Part shown: one piece after another, positions 1 to 13,234 of the stretch
Position numbering within the stretch: position 1 is the stretch's first letter
Layout: each line of letters begins with the position of its first letter
NCBI GenBank assembly: GCA_013239625.1
Contig: MU053934.1
Span: 11,697,003-11,761,002, forward strand
Direction: 5' to 3'
DNA: 64,000 nucleotides
Source: Lama guanicoe
Lineage: Eukaryota
The notes under the pieces: model-generated
What the model was told of the DNA's origin: nothing
The model's database searches: none
What the model saw: only the letters and a program-made list of their open reading frames with translations
Translations under genes and position numbers: made by a program

Positions 1-2159
1 CACAGGGCACCGGGGCAGGGAGCAAACAGCACCTTCACGTAGGGTCCCCACAGTGGTCAGCCATTCCTGCGGAGGGCAGTCTGCACTGCCGGGTGAGTCG
101 GCGGGAGGTGGCCCACCCCCGGGGGGGAGGACCCGAATCCCACGGCCCCCTCCGGCCCCTCCCACGGCCACCCCTGTGCTGACTTCTGCTGCCACCGGGC
201 AGGTGGGGATCTGGGCCCCCAAGGAGCAAGCCTCATGACCCAGGTCACTCAGAGGGCAAAGTGACAGCTGTGCAGGCGGTCCAGCTGTGGGGCTCTGGAC
301 CCCTCAGCCGAGGCACTGCTGAGGTCACGCCGGCTCGTTCCCTGAGTCCTCCACATCCCCTGCATCCACATCTGTACCCCACAGAGCATCATCACCTGTC
401 ACCCCACATGGGGGCTGGGGCAGGGGTCTCGGGAAGGCCTGTGGCAGGACAAGGACGGGGCCTGGGGCCCAGCTGCCCCTGTGAGTAAGGCCTGCGGGGC
501 CCAGCGACACAGGTCGGGGACAGGGCGGGAGGGGACGGAGGGACGCTCGGGGGCTGGGTCCCAGGTGTCACCCTTTGTGGTGGCGCTGAGCAGGGCTTCT
601 CGGGGCAGCAGCTGGAGGTCTGGGAGCCCCCAGCAGTCCAGCAGGTGGCCAGCTGTGCGGGGGGCGCCCTTCTCGGCCTCAGGGCAGGTCTTCGTCCTCT
701 TCCCTGGCAGATGAGCTGGCCTCTCGGGGATCTTGCTTGGTCACCGGTAAGAGGACAGCTTCTTTCTCTGGTCTGTTTGACAGCGAAGCGAGGATGCTCA
801 GAGGAGCCCACCCCGCTCCTGGGGCCCACAGAGCTTATTTTAAGAATCATGCCGCTCAGAGCTCTTTGCCCCAACAGAGGAGCAGACCACAGACCGGCTC
901 ACGGGGTCTCGCAGACCCAGCACCCTGGGGAGGAAGGCTGGCTCGGCACAGGGAGCTCGCTGGAGTTAGCGACGCCTCCCCACGGAGAGGTCTGCTCCAG
1001 GGAGGAAATGCGGGGAACGAAGAGTGACTTCCTGCAGATTGGATACCGGAGAGACGGGCCAGGAGGGGCTTCGCCTGCCCCGCAGCAGGGTGGCTGCCTC
1101 AGCAGAGCTGCCCGCGTGGGGTGTCTGGGCATGCAGAGAGATGAAGGGGGGTCCTCGATGCCGAGGCAAGGGCCTCCAGGGGCGCAGAGGTCCCGGGAGG
1201 GAAGGAGGCCTTCTGCAGACAATCGGGAAGGAATCAGGCTGGACACACAAGCAATTAATTCCCACCAGGCTTGGGAGACAAGGAAGGGCGTCACAGTTTC
1301 ATTGGGGAAGAAAGCGAGGAAGGAGTGGCTGGATGTGCAGCGGGGATGGGGGCCGGCGGGCGGGGAGGGGCTGTGAGCGTGGACGGCGCGGTGGGGGGGC
1401 GGAGCCCCACAGGGAGGACCGCCCAGACCGGCGGGGGGACTGCGGAAGGCTGGGTCTCTGAGCTCAGGGCCCCATCCAAGGAGGCACTCTGGGGCCCCAG
1501 GCGGTCACCCACTCCATGGTAGGCCACCGCGATTTGCCCTCTGGGCCAGGAACCGGGGAGCGGTGGGAGAGGAAGGGGTGGGGGCTCTGCCTGCCAGGCC
1601 GCTCGGGTCTCGTGGCTGCAGGTGGCCCAGGAGGGTCGGCTGGGACACAAGGGTGGGCCCGGGCTTCCCAGTGGGGCAGGGGAGGGACACAAGGCCCCTC
1701 GCAGCCTCCCAGCTGGCCGGTCCCCAGAGAGTGAGCTTGCATCCCCGAGGGGCCTTAGCTGCATTTCCAGAGGCTCCTCACTCCCTGGGCCCCCGACCCC
1801 CACGGAGCCCCGGTCTCGGCACCTCCGGCAGCTCCCAGTCTGTGAATCAGAGCAGCTCCTCCAGCCACAGCATCCGTGGCAAAGCCCGGGGAGAACTGGC
1901 CAACAGTGCCCCCCGGTGGCCGCCGTCGCCTCCGCCGCCACCAGCAGCCTTCTGGGGTCCGCCTGGGAGGGACACTGGGCGGTGGATGCCGTCCGTCCCG
2001 GTCAGGCCTGTGTGAGCTGCGGAGGCTGGTTGTCTAGGTGAGTGTCTGTGTGTCCGCTGTCAGTCCCACGGGCCCTGCCGCTGCAGCTCCGGGGCTGCCT
2101 CTGTGTCTCGGCCAGCAGGAGGCCCCGCTGCCCTGGGGCCCTGCCAGCCTGGCCAGACA

Positions 2160-2260
2160 GATGGGTTTAGGGAGGGCTTCCTGGAGGAGGTGACACCGCC
2201 CTGCTGAGGTTGCAGAGTGAAGACAGAATTGGCCAAAGCAGAGATGTGAGCTTGGGGCAC
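2160..2260 (-). mobile_element. L2 LINE fragment (degenerate)
   Basis: agggagggcttcctggaggaggtgac... resembles the typical antisense L2 3' region motif; recognised by eye. Confidence 0.5.
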
Positions 2261-5200
2261 ACGGGGGCCTATATAGAGAGGAATGGGGGTTGGTGGGCGA
2301 TGAGGGGGCGAGGGCTGGGAGTGAGACGGGGCAGAGTGTGGGAAGGGCCGGACCCCGGAGTGGGGGCGGCTCGGCTGCGTCCTCAGCCTTGTGCAGCCCT
2401 CGGGTGTACCCACCCGCCATGTTGCACACCCTGAATGCCAACAAAGCTGCGGGTCAATCGTGTCTCAGTAAACCTGGGGAGAAGCCTCTCCGCGCAGCAC
2501 AGTGAGGAGCAGGCGGAACACAGGTGACCTGGCGTTCGGCTGGTGGTGAGGGGCGCACGGCCGTTTCTCGCTGTTGTGGGGGACGTGAGATGCTGGCATC
2601 CGGGAAACCTAGGGGAAGGGGTGCAGGGACTGCCGGTGCCCTTCTGGTTAATTTTCTCCAAATCTCAACTATTCTAAAATACAGAAAGTCATTTTTTAAT
2701 CCACCTGCTCTCTGACCCCATCTCCCAAAACAGTCTCTACGGACACCTGAGGATTCGCCGGAGGCTTTAGCGCTGTGGCGTTTGGGCTCAGAGACGATTC
2801 TGATTCCCAGGCCAGGAGGTGCCCTGGCTCACAAAGCCTCAGACAGAAACAGTGACCCTGCCCTAGGAGGCCCCGGGGGCCCGGTGCCGGTGCCACACCC
2901 AGGCTTCCTGCGAAACCGTGGAAGCCACCTCACCGCCAAGAGATGGTTCCCCAGCACTTGTCCCGGCGCGTGTTCACTGACGTTGTCGCCTCTCTGGGTG
3001 AAAAGCTGCTCTTCGGGACGGATTCCCAACGAAGCAACTGACCACACCTGACTTGTTCAGGCTCGCTGGGACTTGGAGCAGTGACAGCACAGCGTGCGCT
3101 CCCGGCCCACGTTCACTTCACAAGGTGTCGGATGACTTGCTGGTGACTCGGTGGGCGCAGACCAGGCCGAGGGAGCCTGACTCTGAGTGGCCTTGGAGGG
3201 CCAGCCCCTGGCCCAGAGCTGCCCCCCTTGGCCATGGCGTCAGCTGTGTGGACGACGGCACGCCCGCCACCCAGGTGATAAATCCCCGAGGGGAGGGCGT
3301 GGCTGCGAGCGGAGGCGCAGAGACGGCCCAGAGACTGCTCACCCGGAAGGGCCGAAAGTCCCGGCCCCGTGCAAGGCCGCGTGTCCATGGCTTCGTCCCG
3401 GGAGGCCAGGAGGAGACTTCAGGTCAGAGGTGGGTGTGGCCAGCATGGTGGCCCCGGCTGCCACCGAACTCACGTCGGCCCCCGTGACACTCACCGATGG
3501 CATCACGCGGCTGGGGTGGGGTCAGCCAGGCCTCCCCTCCACTCAGTCGCTGGGCAAGCTTGGAGCTCTCTGGACAGGAAGTGACCCGGTCACCATGTTA
3601 GGGGCCCTCCACCTGGGAGGGGGCCCTGGAACACATCAGAGCGTCTCCCTGCTCCAGGAAGCGGGCTGAGCTGGTTGGGTGAGGCCCTGAGGGCTGGCCG
3701 CACAGTTCGGGGTTCGGTGCAGAAGGACCCGCCCCGCGTAGGAGCGAACGCCCTCCTCCCCTCCCCGTTCCTGCCCCGGCTGTGTCTCCACCCTGGGGAA
3801 GGGGACAGGATTTTGCTCACGTCACAGGAGAGTTAAGCATCCCCCCGGGTCCCAGGAGCAGTGAGTTCAGCCCGGGTCCCGGCCCCCACCCCGGGGTGGC
3901 TGCCCCACACCCACGCTCAGCCGCTGGGGGGTGGGGTCGGGATGCTGGGCTTTGTCCCAGATGGCATGTTTTGCTCCCGATGACGTTGGCTGCGAGGAGT
4001 CTGGCCTGCCCGTGGGGCCCTTTTCCTAACAGGGCTGGCCCTTTCTGTCCACATCCTGTGAACCACCCCTGTCTGTGGCCCCTTGGGGGCCCAGGACTGC
4101 AGAGATGGGAGAGCCTGGTGCTCCGAAAGTACAGGCTTTGCGAGATGTGGGCAGACTTGCTCCCTCCTCAGCTGGCCGGTCCGTCCCCGCCTGGGCCACC
4201 AGCACCCCCTCCATGCGTGTCTGGCTCCGTTCCCCCCTCCCCCACAGCCCAGGGTCCCAGGAAAGTGACGCTTTTCTTCCTTTATCACTCCTGAGTGCGC
4301 ACCTTCCCTCAGCCACGTGCTGCCCCCCGAGGCCTGCCCCCCGTTTCTCTTTGTCTGCTCAGTGTCCCCAGAGCCCCTCTCCGCCTGCTCCAGGTCAGAC
4401 TGGGATCCTCCAGACTCAGACCCCTCCCAGCACTGTCCACAGCTCTGAAATGCCGCTCGGGGCTCCGGGGCCAGGCCCCTCGACCCCAGGGCCTGCTGAG
4501 AGGAGGTGATTCATGGTGTGATCTGCCGAAAGCATTCACTCACCCTGTGACCATCTCCCAGCTTGGGCAGGACGCAGCGCATTTAATAAATGTTTAATAG
4601 CAGCAATAAAAGGCCAGCTCGGCGCGACTGAAGATGCTCGTTTGGGGACCTGGGCTGTGCACTGGGTCAGTGATAAAACGCATCTTGGCAGAGCTACAGA
4701 GACGCAGGGGATCAGGGGACCGTTTCTGCAGGTCCTCTGTGCCTCGTTCAGGGGAAGTGACCAGAGAAGAGGCGTGACAAGCCACCAGTACGTGCCCATC
4801 TATCCCTCCTGGAAAGCCCTGACCAGAGGGCGGCGTGCGGACCAGCCTGCAGTGGGTGAGAGCCGCCCCCGTCCCCTCAGCCAGGTCCGGATCCTCCTCC
4901 ACCACGTGGGGTTGACGAGGGCACGTGCTCTAGGGCGGCTGTGACAGCTGTGTCCCGCAGGTGATGTGGTGAAGAGAGAAGGGCTCAGCCAGGTCCAGTT
5001 CACTGGTCCCCCGTGCTCAGCAGGTGGCCTCCATGGACGGGAGCCGGGGGGAGCCACGGAGGTGCTGTCTCCCTCTTGTCCAGGGTCCCTCTGTCCCTCT
5101 GATGAGCCAGGGGCAGCGTGGTCCTGTGAGCGCTCCAAGAGCTCCGGGCCTGGGGTCCCGGGGGGTTGAGCTCAGGTGGGGAATGGAAAGAGCTGAGAGA

Positions 5201-6149
5201 CCCCCGAGGCGGCGAACGGCATCAGGACAGAACCAAGGACTCCCAGCACCAGGTCAGTGTCAGACGCGGAATCGTGTCCGACATCTCGGCCCCCAAAGCC
5301 GTGGGGGCCGTGAGCGGGGGGAGCCCCGGCCCCGTGAGGCTGACGTCACCCCACCGTCCGCCCTCCGCCACCCCCTCCAATGACCCCACAATCGCACACC
5401 TGAGGGAGCCCAGGACAGAAGTCAAGGGCAGGGGCACCAGTGAAAAGGCCACCCCCGGGGCGGGACACCCCAGTGACACGCCCCCACCAAAACGAGACAG
5501 ACAGGGGCCTCGAGGACAGGGAGGGCAAACCTGAAAAAGGCTTTCTGGGGGAATGAGAAGATTTTCAAAATACAAACAAAACAATAAAATTTGGTTTAAC
5601 AGTGAGGCCGCCACACTGATGCTGTGACGTGCAAACCTCGAGGCGGGAAGCACAGAAACGCAGGGACAGGAAACCGTGGACGAAGGATGAGGACCGTGGG
5701 GGAGGCGGGGCGTCCGGCAGGCGAGCCCCTCAAATTCCAAAGGAAAGAGCAGAAGAGAGGCTCTTGGTGAGTAAGTGATAGGCGCCGGTCTCCGTGGAAG
5801 GAGGCGGCCGACCTGGGGAGCTCGGGCCCCGGCAGGCGGGGAGCTCCAGGCTGTCGCTGCAGGACCCCCAAAGCACAGACGCCCTTTGGGGTGGGAAGAA
5901 CAAAACGCAGACCAGCCCGAAGAGCACACGCCGACCGCGCCTCCCGCCGGCCACGCCGAGCACCCCCGACCCCGGGAGGCGAGGGCCTCGCCCAGGACCC
6001 CCGACCGCACAGGAGAGGCGGTTTGCAGACACGCAGGTCACACAGCAGGCGCCTGCTCACTTCATGCAGAAGAAAACTCAGCGAAGCTGAAGTCAGCAGC
6101 AGACGGATGGATCTGAAACATCAGGACCCGATGCCAGTTCCCCCGCAGG

Positions 6150-6532
6150 GAGGCACGAAACAATTCCCTTCCTGTGGCCCCTCCCAGAAGCAGACTCACA
6201 ATCACCCGCAGACATAACCCCTGTGCCCCGCCCTCACAAACGGAATAAAACAGCAACACGCTGTAGGCGTCGTGCTGCGCTTCGCTTTCTTCACTGGAGA
6301 CATTTCAGTAGCAGGATATAGAAAGCTTTCTCGTTGTGTTTGGCAGCTGCATGGAGTTTAATGGCACGAATGCACCGTAATTTACATGATCAGCCTCCTA
6401 TTGGTGGGCGTTTGGGGGTGTTGCTCGTAATTAACTTTTACAAACCACTCTGCGATGAACATCCTCCTTCCGGTACCATTTTTTATACTGTATCTGCAGG
6501 CTCGATAAACAGAAATGCAACTGCTAACTAAA
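6150..6532 (-). mobile_element. Old L1 (L1ME-like) 3' region fragment
   Basis: gcagctgcatggagttt...cctcctattggtgggcgtttggg...ctctgcgatgaacatcct follows the antisense L1 ORF2-end/3'UTR motif order. Confidence 0.6.
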
Positions 6533-6949
6533 GTGGAAGTTCCAATAATGGTCTAGGAATAAGAAGATTTTATGCTACCTCAGCACAATCTACGAGGGCG
6601 AAGCGGCGGGGAGGGAAAAGGGAACTTGCCTGGAAGTTTTTGCTTGTGGGAGAAAAATCGGAGAGAGACACAAGCCTGAACCATGTCACCTCCCTGGGCC
6701 GAGGGAAGGACTGTCACGGAGGTAAAAGTCAGCGTCATGCTTTCCAATTTTAGGGGAAAAAATCCCCTGAAAGAGGATGTACTTTGCAATAGCGCTTTCA
6801 GATTAAAAAAAAAACGCAACCATTGGGGAAAGTATAGTGAACGATAATTTGATCAAATCTGCAGAAAAGAAAAAAAGTAAGCAAAGTGCACAGCGCGCGT
6901 AGCAGACGGCAGAACCGGGCGTGGGGCCGTCACACCCGTGCGCGGGCCG

Positions 6950-8700
6950 CCCTCCCGCTGACGCCGCGGCTTTCAGGTGCGACTGGCTAGGCTACGCGGA
7001 CGCGGAGGGCCAGAAGCAGAGTAATAAGAAGGTGCTGGGAACAAAAGAAGGAAACAGACAGGCGAGACCCCAGGAAAGGAGGCACCGGCCACTGGAAATG
7101 CAGCACCGAGCGCCCTGGTGACGAGAGCGGCAGGAGGGCGCTGACAGTGCAGAAGTTACCTCCCAAAGGCGACGAGGGGCAGCCCCTGACACGACAACAG
7201 GCAAACTTACCGAAGGAGCTGCCGTATCCACCCTCTGTGCTTCGAAGCCTCCCTGCCTGTCACAGGCTCCCGCCAGGGGCCCAGGCAGCACTCAGCCCGT
7301 GACAAACGTGAGCGACTCTCGCTCGATGAAGATCAGCGCCGCAGCGAGATGTCCTGCGCCCGCTTCATCGCGGCGCGGGTCCAGCACACGTGCAAACGAG
7401 AGCGGCTGCAGACGTGGAGGAATCTCATCCAGCAGCCACTAAACCGGATGGAGCAGGTTTCCGGCGCCGCACGCCCCCTGCCAGCGCAGCAGGCCGATAG
7501 CGCAGCAGGCCGATGGCACAGCGGCGTCCTGCCCGGAGAAACGGCGATCCCGCCCGCAGAGCCGCCTACCCGAACCGTGCACCAGGGACGGACACACGGG
7601 AGACTGAGTGTGCTGCAATTAAACAAGTCAGTTACCTGCTTGGCCTCAAATAAAATCCTTTGACACAATTAAAAGGAAAAGTGCCACTTCACTGATCATA
7701 TAATCTGATCTTGAAACAGTACAACTGGAAACAATAGCGCAAAGTTGACCAAAAATATCCTAAGGGCTTGAAAAATAAGAAATTCGCTTACAGGCAAGCC
7801 TTGGACCAAAGAGTTAAAAAAAAGAAATGATAAAGTTCCTCAGAAGCTTTGAAAAGTAGAGCATTTCATGCCGAAACCAGCCGGACACATGAAACGCTCT
7901 ATTAAAAGGAAACGCTTTACCTTAAAACGGCTTCCTTATTTTAGAGGAAAAACGAAGATAAAGGAATTTGTTGCTCCACTAAACACGTCAGGAAAATAAT
8001 AAAATGAACTCACAGAAATTAGGAGGAAGAAATGTAACAAACATGAACGCAAAAAAATGATGATATAGTAACCAAAACAGGCAGAAAACATGGCTTAATC
8101 CAAAGATGGCTCTTTGAAGTTAAACCCAAAGCTAATTACGGGGAAGAAAGAGAGAGAGATAGAAAGGGGGAGGTGAGACAGAAGAACAAAAGCGAAGGCC
8201 GTCACACGCAAGGGGCTAATCACGATGATTATGAGGTACTAATGCGTCTAACTTTATGGAAACATATTTACAAATTTAGAAAAAGAGATCATTTCCTAGA
8301 AACGTAAAAAAATTAAAAGTATTCAGGGAGAAGTGGAAAAACTTGAATAGACCAGTAACTGTTAAAAAATATGTGTATTGGAAACCTGATTAAAGATCTA
8401 CCAGTAAAAGAAAATCACCAGGATCAGGTGCATTCAGACTGAATTTCAACTGATCTCCTAAAGTAGGAAAAGATTAATCCACGTCATTTAAAACACTCCA
8501 GAACCTGGAAAGCGTTTTGGAAGAATAGCTCCCCTTTGAGTTCTATGCCATTAGCACAGGTGTGAAAGCAAAACCGCGTAAAGACAGCAAGATTATTGAA
8601 GCAACCAACGGCGTTTATGAACATGCACGCAGAACTCTATTTAGAATCAGCATCAATCAATGTATCAATAGTAATAACACATTATGACCAGACAGGAGTC
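6950..8700 (+). mobile_element. Old L1 (L1M) ORF2 5' portion; endonuclease part GC-eroded
   Basis: 7600-8700 is A-rich with L1 ORF2 hallmarks (catttcctagaaacg, gaaaaacttgaatagaccagtaac, aaaatcaccaggatcaggtg, acattatgaccagacagg); 6950-7600 is colinear but much more GC-rich and its assignment is less certain. Confidence 0.7.
7483..7514. repeat. 16-bp tandem duplication agcgcagcaggccgat x2
   Basis: Two exact adjacent copies. Confidence 0.9.
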
Positions 8701-8899
8701 CAGGCTGCCTGCCCCCCACTCTCCAGGTCCGCCTGACGTAATCAGTAGAGTGGGGGGTCCTGTCTGCATGACGTCCAGGTCATCAAAGCACCTTCGGAAT
8801 CTGTTTGGACACCAGCAAGAGCGTTAGCATGACTCTAAACAGCGCAAAGCAAAGGTGTGTCATGTAAAGACAAGCTGTTCGGAGCCTCCCTGCTGATGA

Positions 8900-9020
8900 A
8901 GGCGGGGGCGGCGGTGCACTTGCCAGAGCCGTAGCCGCACCACGGGAGCGCATGCGCAGACTCGCAGGGCGGGCCCTGCAGAAGGCGCTGGGGCGGGGCC
9001 GAAAACACGCGCCATGTGCG
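8900..9020. promoter_or_regulatory. Candidate CpG promoter/enhancer: NRF1 site plus two GC boxes
   Basis: GCGCATGCGCA at 8948-8958, GGGCGGG at 8967-8973, GGGGCGGGGC at 8990-8999, CGCCAT (YY1-like core) at 9010-9015. Confidence 0.45.
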
Positions 9021-9999
9021 GGAGAAGGTGCCGATCTGCTCCAGTAAATGTGATGGGTGGGAACGCTCCGTGTCGGGGCCACTGGGGGGTGAAGTCTGTG
9101 GTTCAGTCCCGATCTGGCAGAGTGAGCGACGGGGGACCCTTGGCGGTGGCCCGAGATCCCAGCCCTCCGGGGCCACAGTACTCGTGCTGGGCTCTGGGTG
9201 GGGGCGGCAGTCACAGGCCTCCCACTGGGTCCTTTCCTGTCCGAATACGTCTATCCTTCAAGTCCTGGAACCAGTGCCACTGTCTTCATGGAATGAAGAC
9301 CGCGTCTCTGTCATTCCCAGGACGGATTCCGCTGACCCAGGGACCCGCTGAGCCTCTGTAAGACAGAGTTATACCCAACTCCACTTCACACGTGTGTAGC
9401 CCACCCCCACGACAGCTGGAAGGCCACATGGCATTTCAAGTCCCCTCCCGTCTGTGCCAACCCAGGCCCTACCACAGGCGATCCTTGAGGAGAAGGGAGC
9501 TGCTCCTCCTTGTCTGGAAACAGCCCAGCCAGTGCCCGCAGGGCGCGTGGAAGCACGCTCGGGGACGTGCTCCGTACCTGCCTGCAGTGGGCGACTAGAG
9601 CCCTGCTCCCGGGGCCGGGGGGCTTGCCTCCAGCAGTCCTGGGAACTGACTGATGTGTATCCTCAGCGAGGGGCTGTGGCTTTCCAGTATGGGTGCCAAC
9701 GTCACCACCTGCTTGCGGGATCTCAGTTTCCATCTGTTATACAAACCGAGCAACACACAAGCAGACTTGCTTCTCACTCCTGGAACGGCCGTGGGTTCAG
9801 TGCCCCGAGCCCTGGCCCTGCCTGGCATTCTGGCTTCGCTACTGATGTCGTGGGCAGCGTCCACATTGCTCCTGAGGCGTGCTTACCCAGGAAAACTAGT
9901 TGATGCTCAGAAAGACAGTGAACTTCGTGGCGTTTTAGTTTATCGCACCCTCCTCTCCCCGGCTACTAGGTAGTGTTAAAAACCAGCCGCCTCACAACC

Positions 10000-10965
10000 G
10001 TGGAAGCTGCGGACACCAGCAGCCTAGCAGCCACAGGGGCAAAGCTGGCCTGAAGCTCCGAGCCCCGCCCCCAAAATTGTGCCTGCTTGATCCGTCTGCC
10101 AACCTCCTAAAAGGCTGCCCTCTGAAGACCTGTCTGTACTTGGCCTAACTCAGAGCTCAGTCTGCTCCAACAAGCCTACGCCGAGCGCATTTGCTGCAAA
10201 CGGTCATCAGCAATCATCTAACACTGCAGCTGCCCGAGGCAGGGGTCCAGCTGGGCTTACAGGGGTGGCCGGAAACGCAAAAGGGGAAGCCGGAGAATGG
10301 GCGGTCTGTAGGAGGGGGCTGAAATCTCCGACATCCTCCTGGGAATCTGGAAGAGCACGTGCCGGCGCGGGCTCACTGGTGCCCGGACGCTGCCTCTGGC
10401 TGACCGGGAGGCTCTGCGCGCAGGAGGAGAGGGCGGAGGCGGGGTTGCCACCTGTCGGCTCTGCATGCACAGGGCCCTCGGCAACGGCCGGGAGACAGCG
10501 GTTCAGGGACCCAGGGAATCTCTGTCCAGCTGTGACTGGTCTCTGAGCATCCGCGCAAAGGCCTTGCTGTCCACACACAGCGAGAAACGCAGATCTCATA
10601 GAAGCAGCCCAGCAAATTCACTAAACAAACACAGGGTGAACTCTGTGTGGGCAGAGGAGGAGGAACAACTCTGATTTCCAGACTTGCTACCTTATATCAT
10701 TTAAAACACCCAGTTGTTCACAAAAACATACATATAAGGCTTCCAAAGAAACTGGAATAGAAGCTCCCCTGAGGAGGCCCAGGCCTCGGGCTTCCCGGAC
10801 ACAGGCTGCCGACGACCTGCGACGACACGCTCAGGGCACTGACGGAAACGCGTCTAAGAGAAGCACACACAAGCAGGGAATTCACAGCTCACCGAACAGA
10901 CCGTCAGTGAGGAGGAGAAGCGGGGGACAGGACCCAGACGGAAGGTCCGAGTTTGGTGCATAATC
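10000..10965 (+). mobile_element. Old L1 (L1M4/L1MB-like) 5' region and ORF1 start
   Basis: ctgatttccagacttgctacc...aaagaaactggaa...cccctgaggaggcccagg resembles the old L1 5'UTR/ORF1 junction; left boundary uncertain. Confidence 0.55.
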
Positions 10966-11183
10966 AGTGACACAGAGTAAAAATCACTCCTTCTGACTCC
11001 GACGTAGAAATTACGTTACTCAATAATTCTCCAAAGCCTGCCCCCGCTTCAGCAGCTGGTCGTGCACCAGGGCCCACACAGGCCAGTGCTGGTGAGAGAC
11101 TAAAACCTGCTGCTTAGTGCTGCCTGGTCTTGAAAGACTGACGAGTGGAAAATGGTTGTCAGAAATGGTAAAAGCTCACATCG

Positions 11184-11345
11184 TTTACTGAAGTGCAGTC
11201 GATTTGCAATGTGTTAGTTTTGGGTGTGCAGCAGTGACTCAGTTACACACACATGCGTTCACGCTCATCTTTAGGCTCTCTCCGTCCTGGGTCATTGCAA
11301 GCTCTTTGCCGCAGCTCCCCGTGCTGCGCGGTGGGCCCTGGTTGA
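11184..11345 (-). mobile_element. Young cetartiodactyl/camelid-type L1 3' end stub
   Basis: tttactgaagtgcagtcgatttgcaatgtgttagttt...ccccgtgctg is homologous to the in-window copy starting at 61087. Confidence 0.75.
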
Positions 11346-13234
11346 AACTCAGTTTTCACAAGGAACGCTTCGATGGCACGTGTCACTTAGCGTGGTCTGC
11401 CGTCTGCTGTTCTGAGAGACTTGATGTTTGAAACAGTCATGTTCACAATCACCGCTGACACCACTACCTCCTGACGGCAAACACACACACCCCAGCATGA
11501 ACGCACCTCGCATCCACGCACCCCGGGGGTGCATTCTGTTCATTCCTTGCACAACCTAAAATTTCCCCCACAGTGAGCTAAGTTTTCCTGTAAGTATCCA
11601 GGGGGCTTTGCTTACGAGGTCCCAGGGCCCTTTTCTGCATCCGCTGGGCAGAATTCGAGCTTCCCTAGCAAGACAGACCGGTTGCTTTCCAGTGGTGCCG
11701 TGGACCCGCACAGCCTTGGGATGGTGTGCATGGCTGCCCCGAGCCCGGTACCCACGCTCCCTGCAGACCCTCGCCCCGATGGAGCTCCCCTCAAGGACGT
11801 GGACACAAGGAAGGGGCCCCAGAAGGAGGAGGCCCCAGAGTGAGGGGGCATCTTGTCGTGGTTGCTGAAGCCGAATGGAGCTGTGAGCCTTTACCGGCTT
11901 TCAGAGTAGGGCCACGGGCTGGACGTTCCGCAAACACACAGGTGGTCTGGGCAGCAGAGCAGAGAGGCGCCCACACTGGACCACATGCCGCATCAGCCGG
12001 GCGCCGTCCGCACAGACTCGCCGGAGGAAGAACCTCCGCTGTCACCTGAGCCAGAGCCTTGGGTCAGACAGGGCGCCCGAGGCAGTGACATTTCCAGAGC
12101 CCCATATGACACTGGGGGCGGTCCCTGCAAGAGCCTCAGGGTGGGAATCAGACTCCGGGACCCTCCTGGACCCAGAGAGCTGCTGCAGGAAAAGGGTGCC
12201 AGCTTCTCAGTTTGGACCACCCTCCCTGGAGGGAGGGGACGTGGGCTCGGGGGATACAGGCCCTGCCGTGTGCAGGGGGCAGCGCGTCACCCTCCCCCAG
12301 AGCCCACGAACGCTGCCCTGGGCGACGCCCTTTCTTTCTCAGCAGCCGCAGGGCTGGAGGTGCCCGAGGAGGAGGTGCACTTTCTGAGTTTGCCTCCCGT
12401 AACTCACTCCCCTGGACGGGGCTGGCCGAGGGGCTCAGACTGAATGTCCCACTCACAGCGGCTGCCCCGTAGGGTGGGGCGAGTTCACATCCGCCTCTGT
12501 TCGTACCGCTTTCTTCCCCTCCCTGGCCCCCCACATGGGCTCGGCGGCTTCGCCCCCCACCCAGGACCACCTCGCCCACACCCGCTCCCCGCGGGGAATG
12601 AAGCGGCACCTGCAGACTCCCCAGGGAGGGCTGGGGCTCCGTCTCGGCAGATGCTGCATTCCCCGTCTTTCCGCGTGTTCCCCTAAACGGTCTTGCCCTC
12701 GTGGCCGTTGGCCGCTGCCTCCCAAGAGTCGTCATCTCACGTGGAGGGCAGGGCAGCCTGATTTCCTCCCCCAGGCCCTCAGCAGCGGCCCCTCCACTGT
12801 CTCCGTCCTTGAGCTGATTGACATCAGTACCCCAAGCGGCTTCCATAGGCAGGGCCAGCAGGCGCCCTGGATCAGGCGGACACGTGCGTGACGATGCGAA
12901 GTCTTCGGGAGCCCCGAGGGCTGGCGGCACACGTGTGCGCGTCCGTCTGATGCACGTGACTGAGCTGTGCCAGGTGGTGGCTCAGAAGGCGTCTCTCCTT
13001 CAAAACACGGCTGCTCCAGGTCCTGCTTGAAAACAGGGAATCCGCCCCGCCAACCGGAGACCCGGCTTCATTGTTTGCACATAAGAGACATGACTCAGTT
13101 TGAGCCATTTCCTTTCCAGAAATATGTAGTAGTGATGACAAAAAATCAAGTATTTTTATGACAGCTTGGAGTCCCCGAACCTGGAAGGGGACACAGGAGG
13201 CACCAGAAATCATGACTGGGGTCTGGATCTGGTC

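Noticed and set aside
638..651. CTCF-like motif CCAGCAGGTGGCCA (similar ones near 34088 and 45930)
   Set aside because: Imperfect matches are frequent in GC-rich DNA and cannot be ranked without PWM scoring or ChIP data
4578..4612. Twin AATAAA as a polyadenylation site
   Set aside because: No upstream terminal exon and no clear GU-rich downstream element; could equally be HOX/CDX-type motifs
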